Source: Enterobacterales bacterium endosymbiont of Anomoneura mori | GTDB lineage: Bacteria > Pseudomonadota > Gammaproteobacteria > Enterobacterales > Enterobacteriaceae_A | Reading direction: 5' to 3' | Assembly (NCBI RefSeq): GCF_047159375.1 | Contig: NZ_AP031381.1 | Span: forward strand, 60,001 to 92,000 | Length of the DNA: 32,000 nucleotides | Shown: positions 21,071 to 30,847 of the stretch, piece by piece | Position numbering within the stretch: the stretch's first letter is position 1 | Layout of the letters: each line of letters starts with the position of its first letter | Position numbers and translations under genes: made by a program | The notes under the pieces: generated by a model | The model's database searches: none | What the model saw: the letters and a program-made list of their open reading frames with translations, nothing else | What the model was told of the DNA's origin: nothing

Positions 21071-24000
21071 TTATTTATTTTTAAATAATTCTACATTAAT
21101 TCCTAAAGATTTAAATTCTTTTAATAATACTTTAAAAGATTCTGGAATATTTGGTTCTGAATAATATTTATTATCTATAATTTTTTTATATATTTTTGTA
21201 CGTCCTATTATGTCATCAGATTTTATAGTTAACATTTCTTGTAATGTATATGCTGCTCCATATGCTTCAAGTGCCCATACTTCCATTTCACCTATTCTTT
21301 GTCCACCAAATTGTGCTTTTCCTTTTAATGGTTGTTGAGTTACTAAACTATATGACCCTGTAGAACGTGCGTGAATTTTATCATCTACTAAATGATTTAA
21401 TTTTAACATATACATATAACCTACAGTGATTGGTTTATCAAATTTTTCACCAGTTTGTCCATCATATAAGGTAATTTGTCCTGATGATGGTAAACCACTA
21501 AACTTTAAAAACTCTTTAATTTCTTTTTCATTAGCTCCATCAAAATTAGGTGATGCAATTGGAATACCATTTTTTAAATTTTTTGCTAATAATAATATAT
21601 CTTTATCATTAAAATTATTAAAATTAATTTTTTGAATATTATTATCTCCGAAATTATAAATTTTTTCTATAAAATTTCTTATTTTATATATTTCTTTTTT
21701 TTGTTTCAACATTTTATTTATTAATTTACCTAATTGTTTTGCTGCCATACCTAAATGAACTTCTAAAATTTGTCCAACATTCATTCTTGAAGGAACTCCT
21801 AAAGGATTAAGAATAATATCTATTGGAATACCATTTTCATCATATGGCATATCTTCTATAGGAATAATTTTAGATACAACACCTTTATTTCCATGTCTAC
21901 CTGACATTTTATCACCTATTTTAATATTTTTTTTAGTTGCTATATATATTTTTATAATTTTTAATATTCCAGGTTTTAAAGAAAATGAATCTTTATATTT
22001 TTTTTCAAAATTTTTTATTTTTTTTATATATTTTTTTATAATAATTATATATATATTATTTAAATTTATTAATTTTTTTTCTTCTTTATTATTTTTTAAA
22101 ATAAATTTAAATAATTTTTCAATTTTAATTTTATTAATTATTTTATAATTTATATTATTATAATTAAATAATTCATAAAAACAATTAAAAAATGTTTTGA
22201 AAATTTTATTTATTTCAATTTTAATATTTTCTCTTAAATAATTTAAATTTTCTTTTTCATTTTTTTCTTTATATATATATTTTTTTTTATTTTTAATTTT
22301 TTTTTTTTTTTTTTTAAATATTTTTATATTAATAACTTTACCAGAAATTCCATTTGGTACACGTAATGAAGAATCTTGATATTCAGATATTTTTTTTTCA
22401 AATATTGCATATAATAATTTTTCTTCTGATTTTAATTGTTTTTCAATTTTTGGAGTAACTTTACTTACTAATATTTCACCTTCATTAACTTCAGAACCAA
22501 TTTTTATAATACCAAATTTATCAAGTTTTAATAAATCATTTTTAGAAATTCCTGGTATATTAGTAGTAATTTTTTCATAACCTTCTTTAGTATCTTTTAT
22601 TTCACATATTAATTCATGTATATGAATAGTAGCAAATTTATCTTTTTGTAATACTCTTTCTGAAATTAATATTGAATCTTCAAAATTATATCCATACCAT
22701 GTCATAAATGCTACACGTATATTTTTACCTAATGCTAATTCTCCATTATTTGTTGATGAACCATCAGCTAATACATCACCTTTAGAAACTTTTTCATTAT
22801 AAGATACAATAGGTGTTTGATTTATACAAGTATTTTGATTTGATCTTGTATATTTTATTAAATTATATGAATCAGTATTAGATTTATTAAAAATAATATC
22901 TTTATTTTCAACTTCTATTATAATTTTTTTAGAATCTACATATTTAACTATTCCACCTCTTTTAGCTGTTATTAAAGAACCAGAATCTGATGCAATAATA
23001 CGTTCTATACCAGTTCCTATTAATGGTTTTTCGGTAATAAACATTGGTATAGCTTGACGATGCATATTTGAACCCATTAAAGAACGATTAATATCATTAT
23101 GTTCTATGAATGGTATTAAAGAAGCTCCAATTGATAAAATTTGTTGACTTGATATATCTATATAATTTATCTTTTTATTTTCAAATAAATTTGTTTCTCC
23201 ATTATATCTACAAATCACAAATTTATCAATAAAAAATCCTTTTTTATTAATATTAGAATTAATTTGAGCTATTATAGAATTTTCTTCTTTTGCTGGTGAT
23301 AAATAACAAATTTTATTAGTAATTTTACCGTTTTCAACATATCTATAAGGTGTTTCTAAAAAACCATATCTATTAGTTTGTGAATATAATGCTAAAGAAT
23401 TAATAAGTCCAATATTTGGACCTTCAGGTGTTTCAACTGGACAAATACGTCCATAATGTGATGAATGTATATCTCTAACTTCAAAACTAGCACATTCTTT
23501 ATTTAATCCACCTATACCTAATGCTGAAATACGTCTTTTATGTGTAATTTCAGAAAGAGAATTATTTTGATCTAAAAATTGAGAAAGTGGATTAGAAATA
23601 AAAAAGTCTTTAAATAAAATTGTTATTATTTTAAAATTAATTAAATCTTTTGGAAAAGTTTTTTTTTTATGTGTAGAAAGTTTTTCTTTAATATATTTTT
23701 TAGTACTTAATAAACTTAAATAAAATTGATTATTAATCATTTCACCAACTGAACGAATTCTTCTATTTTTTAAATGATCAATATCATCTATTTTTTCTTT
23801 ACCATTTTTAATATTTATTAATTTTTTAATAATTAAAATAATATCTTTTTTATTTAAATAAAATGATTTAGGTTTTTTTTTAATTTTGTTATAAATAGAA
23901 TAATTTATTTTTAATCTACCTATTTCAGATAAATTATATTTTTTCCCAGAAAAAAATAAATTTTCAAAAAATTTTTCTGCAATTTCTAATGTAGCAGGTA

Positions 24001-25111
24001 CACCAGGTTTTAAAATATGATAAATTTCAATTAACGCACTTAAACGATCATAAGATTGATCAAAATGTAAAGTATTTAATATATAATCTCCATTATCTAT
24101 ATTATTTGTAAATATAACTTCTATTTTATTATAATTATTTTTTTTTAATTCTTTTAAAATATATTCAGATATTGTCATATTTGCAATACAAATTAATTCA
24201 TTATTATTATTATAATAATCTTTTGCTATTACTCTAGTAAAAATAAAATTATAAGGTATATTAATAAATTTAATTTTATCTTTTTTTAATTTTTTTAAAA
24301 CACTTTCTGTTATTCTTTTACCTTTCTTTACATATAACTTATTTTTTGATATAATATCAAATAATGCTATTTCATTTTTTAGGTTATTTGATAAAATATC
24401 TATTTTTATATTTTCATCACTTATATCAATTGTAATTTTATTAAAAAACAATTCAATAATTTGTTCTACATTATAATTTAATGCTTTTAATATCATAGTT
24501 ACTGGAAGTTTTTTATTTTTATCAATACGTGCAAACAAAATATCTTTAATATCGAACTCTATATTTAACCATGACCCTGAATAAGGTACTATTTTAGCAC
24601 TATATAAAATCTTTTTAGATATATGTTTTTTACCTTTATCACTTTCAAAAAATATTCCAGGACTACGATGTATTTGAGATACAACAACTCTTTCAACACC
24701 ATTAACAACAAATGTAGCATTTTTTGTCATTAAAGGAATTTCACACATATTAAATTCTCTAATTTTTGTAAATTTAATTTTTTTTTTAGATTTATCAAAT
24801 ATAATTAATTTTAATTTTATTTTTAATATTCCACAATAAGTAATACCTCTATTTTTACATTCTTGATAATCATATAATGAATTACTTATATAATGTTTAA
24901 TATATTGTAATTTAATATTACCATTATTATTATAAATTGGAAAAAAATTATTTAATAAATTTCTAATACCTATTTTTTTTTTTGAATCATTTTTAATAAA
25001 TTTTTTAAAAGATTCTATTTGAATAGAAAGAAGATGTGGAATTTTATAAGATTGAGAAATTTTACTAAAATTTTTTCTTATACAGATTTTTTCAATATTA
25101 GAATATTTCAT
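21071..25111 (-). CDS. rpoB: RNA polymerase beta subunit
   Basis: 1346 aa. Contains [26 protein letters not shown] (rifampicin cluster region), GRHGNKGV and [15 protein letters not shown]/N-rich low-complexity block lies where E. coli has its dispensable insertion. Confidence 0.98.
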   Translation of the reverse strand: [1346 protein letters not shown]

Positions 25112-25144
25112 TTATTTTCCAATTTTAAAATTTTTAAATTTTTC

Positions 25145-25176
25145 ATAAAAGACTGAAATTAATATCAGTCTTTTAT
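25145..25176 (-). terminator. rplL-rpoB intercistronic stem-loop (attenuator-like)
   Basis: 25145-25156 pairs perfectly with 25165-25176 (12 bp, core GACTGA/TCAGTC, 8-nt loop). On the transcribed strand UUUUAU follows the core. The position matches the E. coli rplL-rpoB attenuator. Confidence 0.5.
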
Positions 25177-25190
25177 TTATAAATAATTTT

Positions 25191-25553
25191 TTATTTAATT
25201 TCAACAATTGCACCAGAAATTTCTATTTTTTTTTTTAAATTTTCTGCATCAATTTTATTTAAATTTTTTTTAATAATAGTTGGTGCAGATTCAACAAGAT
25301 CTTTTGATTCTTTTAATCCTAATCCAATAATACTACGTATTGTCTTAATAACTGAAATTTTATTAGAACCAAAACTTTTTAAAATAACATCAAATACAGT
25401 TTTTTCTTCAATAATTTTATCATTATTATTAGTATTATTTACTACAAAATTAGATGAAACATTAAATTTTTTTTCAATATTTAGAACAAGTTCAGTAATA
25501 TCTTTAATTGTCATAGATTCTATAATTTCTAACATTTTTTCTTTATTATTCAT
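25191..25553 (-). CDS. rplL: 50S ribosomal protein L7/L12
   Basis: 120 aa. N-terminal dimerisation helix ([17 protein letters not shown]), a hinge, and a C-terminal domain with [15 protein letters not shown]. Confidence 0.95.
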   Translation of the reverse strand: MNNKEKMLEIIESMTIKDITELVLNIEKKFNVSSNFVVNNTNNNDKIIEEKTVFDVILKSFGSNKISVIKTIRSIIGLGLKESKDLVESAPTIIKKNLNKIDAENLKKKIEISGAIVEIK

Positions 25554-25563
25554 TATATCCTAA

Positions 25564-26064
25564 TTATAAAATATTACTATTTATTTTTTTTTTTTTTAAA
25601 TTATTTAAAACACGAATAAATTTACCTAAAGAAATTTCTTTTAATACCCAAATTAATTTTGATAATATTTCTTCTAAAGTAGGTAAATTAGCTAAATTAT
25701 CAATTTCTTTATTTTTAATAATATTTCCCTCATAAGCTGCTAATTTAATTTTAAAATTTTTATTTTTTTTTTCAAATTTTTTAAAAAGTCTAATAGATAA
25801 TCCAGGATTATCTTTTGAAAAACACATTATATTATTTCCATATATATCATTTTTTAAATATTCATAATTTGTTTTAATACAAGCTATTTTAAATAGGTTA
25901 TTTTGTATTAACAATATTTTAACTTTTATTTTTCTACTTTCTTTTCTTAATTCATTAATTAAATTAGAATTAATTTTATTAATATTTATCATTGTTATAA
26001 AAATAGAATTATTAATTATTTTTTTAACTTTTTTAATTATTTTTTTTTTTTTATTTTTATTCAT
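25564..26064 (-). CDS. rplJ: 50S ribosomal protein L10
   Basis: 166 aa, colinear with E. coli L10 (ELRKESRK, NPG.S.RLFKKF, LPT.EE). It lies directly upstream of rplL. Confidence 0.9.
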   Translation of the reverse strand: MNKNKKKKIIKKVKKIINNSIFITMININKINSNLINELRKESRKIKVKILLIQNNLFKIACIKTNYEYLKNDIYGNNIMCFSKDNPGLSIRLFKKFEKKNKNFKIKLAAYEGNIIKNKEIDNLANLPTLEEILSKLIWVLKEISLGKFIRVLNNLKKKKINSNIL

Positions 26065-26193
26065 TTTTAATTATATAAAATTATAATAAAATATTTAAAT
26101 ATTTTTATTTAATTTTAAATTATTTAAATATTTAAATAATTATTATTAATAATTATTATAAATTTTATAAAATATTATTAATAAAAATATTAA

Positions 26194-27108
26194 ATGATTA
26201 TAAAAAAAATAATTAAAATTAATAATATTTATTTAAATAAAAGATTAGATAAAATATTATCTATTTTATTACCAAATTATTCCAGAACATATATTAAAAA
26301 GATAATTTTAAATAATAAAGTAAAATCTAATTTTAAAATAATTAATAATCCTAAAAAAAAAATAATAAAAAAAACTTTAATTGAAATTTTTTTAAATAAA
26401 AATATAAAAAAAATAAAAATTCAAAATATTAAATTAAATATATTATATGAAGATAAATATATATTAATTATTAATAAACCCTCTAATTTTATAGTTCATC
26501 CTGGATATAAAAATTATAATAATACATTAATAAATTCTTTATTATATTATAACATTTATTTAATTTTTATTAATCGTATAGGTTTAGTACATCGTTTAGA
26601 TAAAGATACATCAGGATTAATTATAATTGCAAAAACATTTTTAACAAAAAAACTTTTTTTAAATATGTTCAAAAATCATAAAATTATTAAACAATATAAA
26701 ACAATAGTAGAGGGTAAAATTAATATAAATGGAATAATTAATATACCAATATTAAGAAATAAATATAATCGTATTAAAATGAATATTAATAAAAATGGAA
26801 AAAATGCTATTACATATTTTAAAGTTTTAAAAAAAATTAAAAATTATACTGAACTTAAAATTCAAATAAAAAGTGGAAGAACACATCAAATAAGAGTTCA
26901 TATGTTATACATAAAACACCCAATTATAGGAGATAAAAAATATAATTTAAATAAAAAATCTAAAAAAAATTTTTTAAATAAAATAAATAAACAAATATTA
27001 CATGCATATTTAATAGATTTTTATCATCCAATTTATGGATTTAATATAAAATGTTATTTAAAAAATACTTTTGATATTATAAAATTAATTAATTTATTAA
27101 ATAAATAA
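26194..27108 (+). CDS. rluD: 23S rRNA pseudouridine synthase, RluD-like (RluA family)
   Basis: 304 aa. N-terminal S4-like RLDKILS..PNYSRTYIKK, catalytic HRLDKDTSGL and GRTHQIRVH. Colinear with E. coli RluD (ILYEDKYILIINKP, LHA..L.FYHPI.G). Confidence 0.82.
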   Translation: MIIKKIIKINNIYLNKRLDKILSILLPNYSRTYIKKIILNNKVKSNFKIINNPKKKIIKKTLIEIFLNKNIKKIKIQNIKLNILYEDKYILIINKPSNFIVHPGYKNYNNTLINSLLYYNIYLIFINRIGLVHRLDKDTSGLIIIAKTFLTKKLFLNMFKNHKIIKQYKTIVEGKININGIINIPILRNKYNRIKMNINKNGKNAITYFKVLKKIKNYTELKIQIKSGRTHQIRVHMLYIKHPIIGDKKYNLNKKSKKNFLNKINKQILHAYLIDFYHPIYGFNIKCYLKNTFDIIKLINLLNK

Positions 27109-27172
27109 TTATAATTTAATATTTTTATTATTTTATAATTAATTATTTAATTAAATAAAAATAATTTTTTAA

Positions 27173-27730
27173 TTATAACATAAACCAAACATTTCCAAAT
27201 AAATCAATACCTAAATAATTTATTAAATAAAGTATTAATATTATAAATAAAGAATAATAATTATTACTTTTTATTTTAGGTAATAAAATCTTAAATAAAT
27301 TAATAATTTTATTTGATAATTGTGAAATAAATTGTTTAAATAAACTTTCTTTTTGATTAAAAAAATTCATTAAAATAAACATACTAAATATCCAAAAAAT
27401 TAAATAATTTAATATTTTTATTAATGATACTAAAGATAAAATTAAAATTGTTGGTAAACTAATAACAGGAGATGTATTTTGTATATAAGATAATATTAAA
27501 AATTTTATTATCATTAATCCAAAAGATATTAAAAATGATATTTTATATATTGAATTAAATATAGGAATAAATTTTTTAAATAAATTAATTGGAAATTGTG
27601 TAATTTTAATAATAAAATTAGCAAATGGATGTTTAAATTTTTTTAAAGTCCATTCTATCCAAGCTCTTAGTAATATACTAATAGTTAAAAAATCTATTAT
27701 ATTTTTAATTAAAAAATTAAATGTTAACAT
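27173..27730 (-). CDS. yggT: YggT-family integral membrane protein
   Basis: 185 aa, hydrophobic. LLRAWIEWTLKKFKHPFANFIIKITQ resembles E. coli YggT LLRIWMQWAHCDFYNPFSQFVVKVTQ. The length is similar. Confidence 0.75.
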   Translation of the reverse strand: MLTFNFLIKNIIDFLTISILLRAWIEWTLKKFKHPFANFIIKITQFPINLFKKFIPIFNSIYKISFLISFGLMIIKFLILSYIQNTSPVISLPTILILSLVSLIKILNYLIFWIFSMFILMNFFNQKESLFKQFISQLSNKIINLFKILLPKIKSNNYYSLFIILILYLINYLGIDLFGNVWFML

Positions 27731-28035
27731 TTTTATCCTTTTATATTTATATTATAATTATAAATTAATTTATAATTAATTTATAATGTTAAAAATAACA
27801 AAATATTTATAATTAATGAATATTTAAGATTAAAATATTAAATAAATAAAAATATAATATAATATAATTTTAAAAAAATCAAGTTTTTTTTAAAATAAAA
27901 TATTTAATATAATATTACAAATTAATTTTTTATAAATATTTATAATAATTTATTTTTATTTAATTTAATAATAAATATTAATATTAATAATTTATTTTTA
28001 ATAATATTAAATTATTTAATTTTTTAAAAGGAAAA

Positions 28036-29412
28036 ATGATTAAAAAAAAAAATAAAATAAACGATATAAAAGTTAATAATATAAAAATATTACCTCATTC
28101 TTTAGAAGCTGAACAATCTATATTAGGTGGAATAATATTAGAGAATAGTCATTGGGAAAATGTTATAGAAAGAATTGATATGAATGATTTTTTTAGTATT
28201 CAACATAAAATTATTTTTAATGAAATGGATTATTTATTAGGTATTGGTAAACCAATTGATTTAATTACTTTATCAGAATCTTTAAAAAAAAAAGATAAAT
28301 TAAAAATAGTAGGAGGATTTGCATATTTAGCTGAATTATCTCAAATTACTCCAAGTATTTCAAATATTATAGCATATGCAGATATTATACATGAAAGAGC
28401 AATTGTAAGAGAAATGATAACAGTTGCAAATGAAATAGCTAATGCTGGTTATAATCCTAAAGGTAGAAATTGTGAAGAGTTAATTGATTTTGCTGAAACA
28501 AAAATTTTTAAAATTGCAGAAAATAAAATTAAAAAAGATTTAGGTCCTCAAAATGTTGAAAAAATTTTAGATACAACAATTTCGCGTATTGAATTATTTT
28601 ATAAAAACCCTAATAACGGTATTATTGGTATAAATACTGGATATCATAATTTAAATAAAATTACAGGCGGTTTACAAAAATCAGATTTAATCATTATTGC
28701 ATCACGTCCATCTATGGGTAAAACTACATTTGCTATGAATTTATGTGAAAATATTTCTATGATTAAAAAAAAACCTGTATTAATTTTTAGTTTAGAAATG
28801 TCAGGTGAACAAATTATGATGAGAATGTTATCATCATTAACAAGAATTAATCAAAATAATATTCGTACTGGTCAATTAAATGATAAAGATTGGTCACGTA
28901 TATCTAAAATTATGGGTATTTTATTGGAAAATCGTAATATATATATTGATGATTCTTCATGTTTAACTATTAGTGAGATTAGATCAAGATCAAGAAGAAT
29001 TTTTAGAGAAAATAATGGATTAAGTTTAATAATGATAGATTACCTTCAATTAATACGTGTTCCATATTTATTCAATAATAGAACATTAGAAATAACTGAA
29101 ATTTCACGTTCATTAAAAGCATTAGCAAAAGAATTAAATATCCCTGTATTAGCTTTATCTCAATTAAATAGATCACTTGAGCAAAGATTAGATAAACGTC
29201 CAGTTAATTCTGATTTAAGAGAATCTGGTTCTATTGAACAAGATGCAGATTTAATAATGTTTGTTTATAGAGACGAAATATATAATAAAAATAGTAATTT
29301 TAAAAATATAGCACAAATTATAATAGGTAAACAAAGAAATGGTCCTATTGGTTCTATATATTTAAATTTTAATGCAAAATTAGCACGTTTTGAAAATATT
29401 TTAGATAGATAA
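28036..29412 (+). CDS. dnaB: Replicative DNA helicase
   Basis: 458 aa. Contains PHSLEAEQSILGG, Walker A SRPSMGKTTFAMN, IMIDYLQL, SQLNRSLEQR and GKQRNGP. Confidence 0.96.
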   Translation: MIKKKNKINDIKVNNIKILPHSLEAEQSILGGIILENSHWENVIERIDMNDFFSIQHKIIFNEMDYLLGIGKPIDLITLSESLKKKDKLKIVGGFAYLAELSQITPSISNIIAYADIIHERAIVREMITVANEIANAGYNPKGRNCEELIDFAETKIFKIAENKIKKDLGPQNVEKILDTTISRIELFYKNPNNGIIGINTGYHNLNKITGGLQKSDLIIIASRPSMGKTTFAMNLCENISMIKKKPVLIFSLEMSGEQIMMRMLSSLTRINQNNIRTGQLNDKDWSRISKIMGILLENRNIYIDDSSCLTISEIRSRSRRIFRENNGLSLIMIDYLQLIRVPYLFNNRTLEITEISRSLKALAKELNIPVLALSQLNRSLEQRLDKRPVNSDLRESGSIEQDADLIMFVYRDEIYNKNSNFKNIAQIIIGKQRNGPIGSIYLNFNAKLARFENILDR

Positions 29413-29510
29413 TGAATTTTTTAAATTATTATATTTTTATTAAATTAATAAAAATTAAATAATATAAAAAATTTATTTTTTTAAAAAAAATTTATTAATT
29501 ATAATATAAT

Positions 29511-29545
29511 ATTATTTAAATATTTTTTAAAAATATTTAAATAAT
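29511..29545. repeat. 35-bp A/T-only inverted repeat (17-bp perfect arms around one T)
   Basis: ATTATTTAAATATTTTT (29511-29527), then t (29528), then AAAAATATTTAAATAAT (29529-29545). All 17 pairs were checked. It ends 35 nt upstream of the ackA ATG. Confidence 0.85.
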
Positions 29546-29580
29546 TATATCTTTAATATATTATTTATTATTAATATAAA

Positions 29581-30801
29581 ATGATTAAAAAAAATATTTT
29601 AGTTATAAATTGTGGTAGTTCATCTATTAAATTTTCAATTATTAATCCAATTAATGAAAAAAAAATTCTTACAGGAATAACTAAACATTTAAAAAATAAA
29701 ATATATTTAATAAAATGGAAAATAAATAATATTAATTATAAAAAAAAAATAAATAAAATAAATTCTAATTTAGAAATATTAAAATTTATTTTTACTTCAA
29801 TTATAATTAAAAATAAAAAAATATTTAAAAATTTATTTTCTATAGGTCATCGTATAGTTCATGGAGGAGAACATTTTTCAAATTCTGTAATAATTAATGA
29901 TAAAGTAATTAATTCTATAAAAGATTCAATAAAATTTGCACCACTTCATAATTCTGAACATTTAATTGGAATTTATAAAAGTTTTAAATATTTTCCAAAT
30001 TTTATTAAAAAGAATATTGCTGTTTTTGATACAGCGTTTCATCAAAGTATTCCAAAAAAGTTTTTTTTATATGCTTTACCATATAATTTGTATAAAAAAT
30101 ATAAAATAAGAAAATATGGTGCACATGGTATAAGTCATAAATTTATAACTTTAAAAACTGCTAATATTTTAAATAAAGAAATTAAAAATATTAATATAAT
30201 TTCATGTCATTTAGGGAATGGATGTTCAATATCTGCTATTAAAAATGGTAAATGTATTGATACTTCTATGGGACTAACACCATTAGAAGGTTTAGTAATG
30301 GGAACAAGATGCGGTGATATAGATTCATCAATAATATTTTATTTATATAATTTTTTAGGTATAAAAATTGATAAAATTAATAAAATTTTAAATAATGAAT
30401 CAGGATTATTAGGAATAAGTGAAATAAGTAATGATTTAAAATATATAGAAAAAAATTATAAAAATAAAAAAAATTTTAAATTAGCAATAGATATTTTTTG
30501 TCATAGATTATCAAAATATATAGGTTCTTATATAACATTATTTAATAAAAATTTTGATGCTCTTGTTTTTACTGGAGGTATTGGTGAAAATTCAGAATTA
30601 ATAAGAGAATTAACTATTAATTCTTTAAATATATTAAATTTTAAAATAGATAAAATACTTAATAAAAACATTTATTATAAAAAATCTGGTATTATAACTA
30701 AATTTAATAGTCGTTTAGCTTTAGTAATTCCTAGTAATGAAGAATTAATAATTGCAAAAGATTCATATAATATAATAAATAATAATAAATTTATTAATTA
30801 A
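29581..30801 (+). CDS. ackA: Acetate kinase
   Basis: 406 aa. Contains ILVINCGSSSIKFSI, GHRIVHGG, FDTAFHQSIP, YGAHGISH and FTGGIGENS. Confidence 0.95.
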   Translation: MIKKNILVINCGSSSIKFSIINPINEKKILTGITKHLKNKIYLIKWKINNINYKKKINKINSNLEILKFIFTSIIIKNKKIFKNLFSIGHRIVHGGEHFSNSVIINDKVINSIKDSIKFAPLHNSEHLIGIYKSFKYFPNFIKKNIAVFDTAFHQSIPKKFFLYALPYNLYKKYKIRKYGAHGISHKFITLKTANILNKEIKNINIISCHLGNGCSISAIKNGKCIDTSMGLTPLEGLVMGTRCGDIDSSIIFYLYNFLGIKIDKINKILNNESGLLGISEISNDLKYIEKNYKNKKNFKLAIDIFCHRLSKYIGSYITLFNKNFDALVFTGGIGENSELIRELTINSLNILNFKIDKILNKNIYYKKSGIITKFNSRLALVIPSNEELIIAKDSYNIINNNKFIN

Positions 30802-30847
30802 ATGTTAATTTAAAAAATATTAAATATAAAAATTTAAAAAGGAATAA

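Noticed and set aside
20028-21635. Plus-strand ORFs 20028..20570 (180 aa) and 21426..21635 (69 aa) inside rpoC and rpoB
   Set aside because: They are antisense to strongly conserved RNA polymerase coding sequence. They stay open because the sense codons are AAA/AAT-rich (read as TTT/ATT in reverse) and do not resemble proteins.
22000-22330. K/N/I-rich low-complexity block in rpoB as a possible foreign insertion
   Set aside because: It occupies the position of the lineage-specific dispensable insertion of gammaproteobacterial beta subunits. It is in frame and its composition matches the rest of the genome.
27756-27777. Shorter A/T palindromes: 22 bp (27756-27777, followed by a direct repeat of its right arm), 24 bp (26118-26141), 24 bp with a 10-bp tandem (13390-13413), 23 bp (29433-29455), 16-18 bp (4977-4992, 26088-26105, 27143-27158), and a 12-bp-arm hairpin (27867-27896)
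   Set aside because: With essentially two letters, an 11-12-pair dyad has a chance of about 2^-11 to 2^-12 per centre. About one or more is expected per few kb of spacer, so individually they are not evidence of function.
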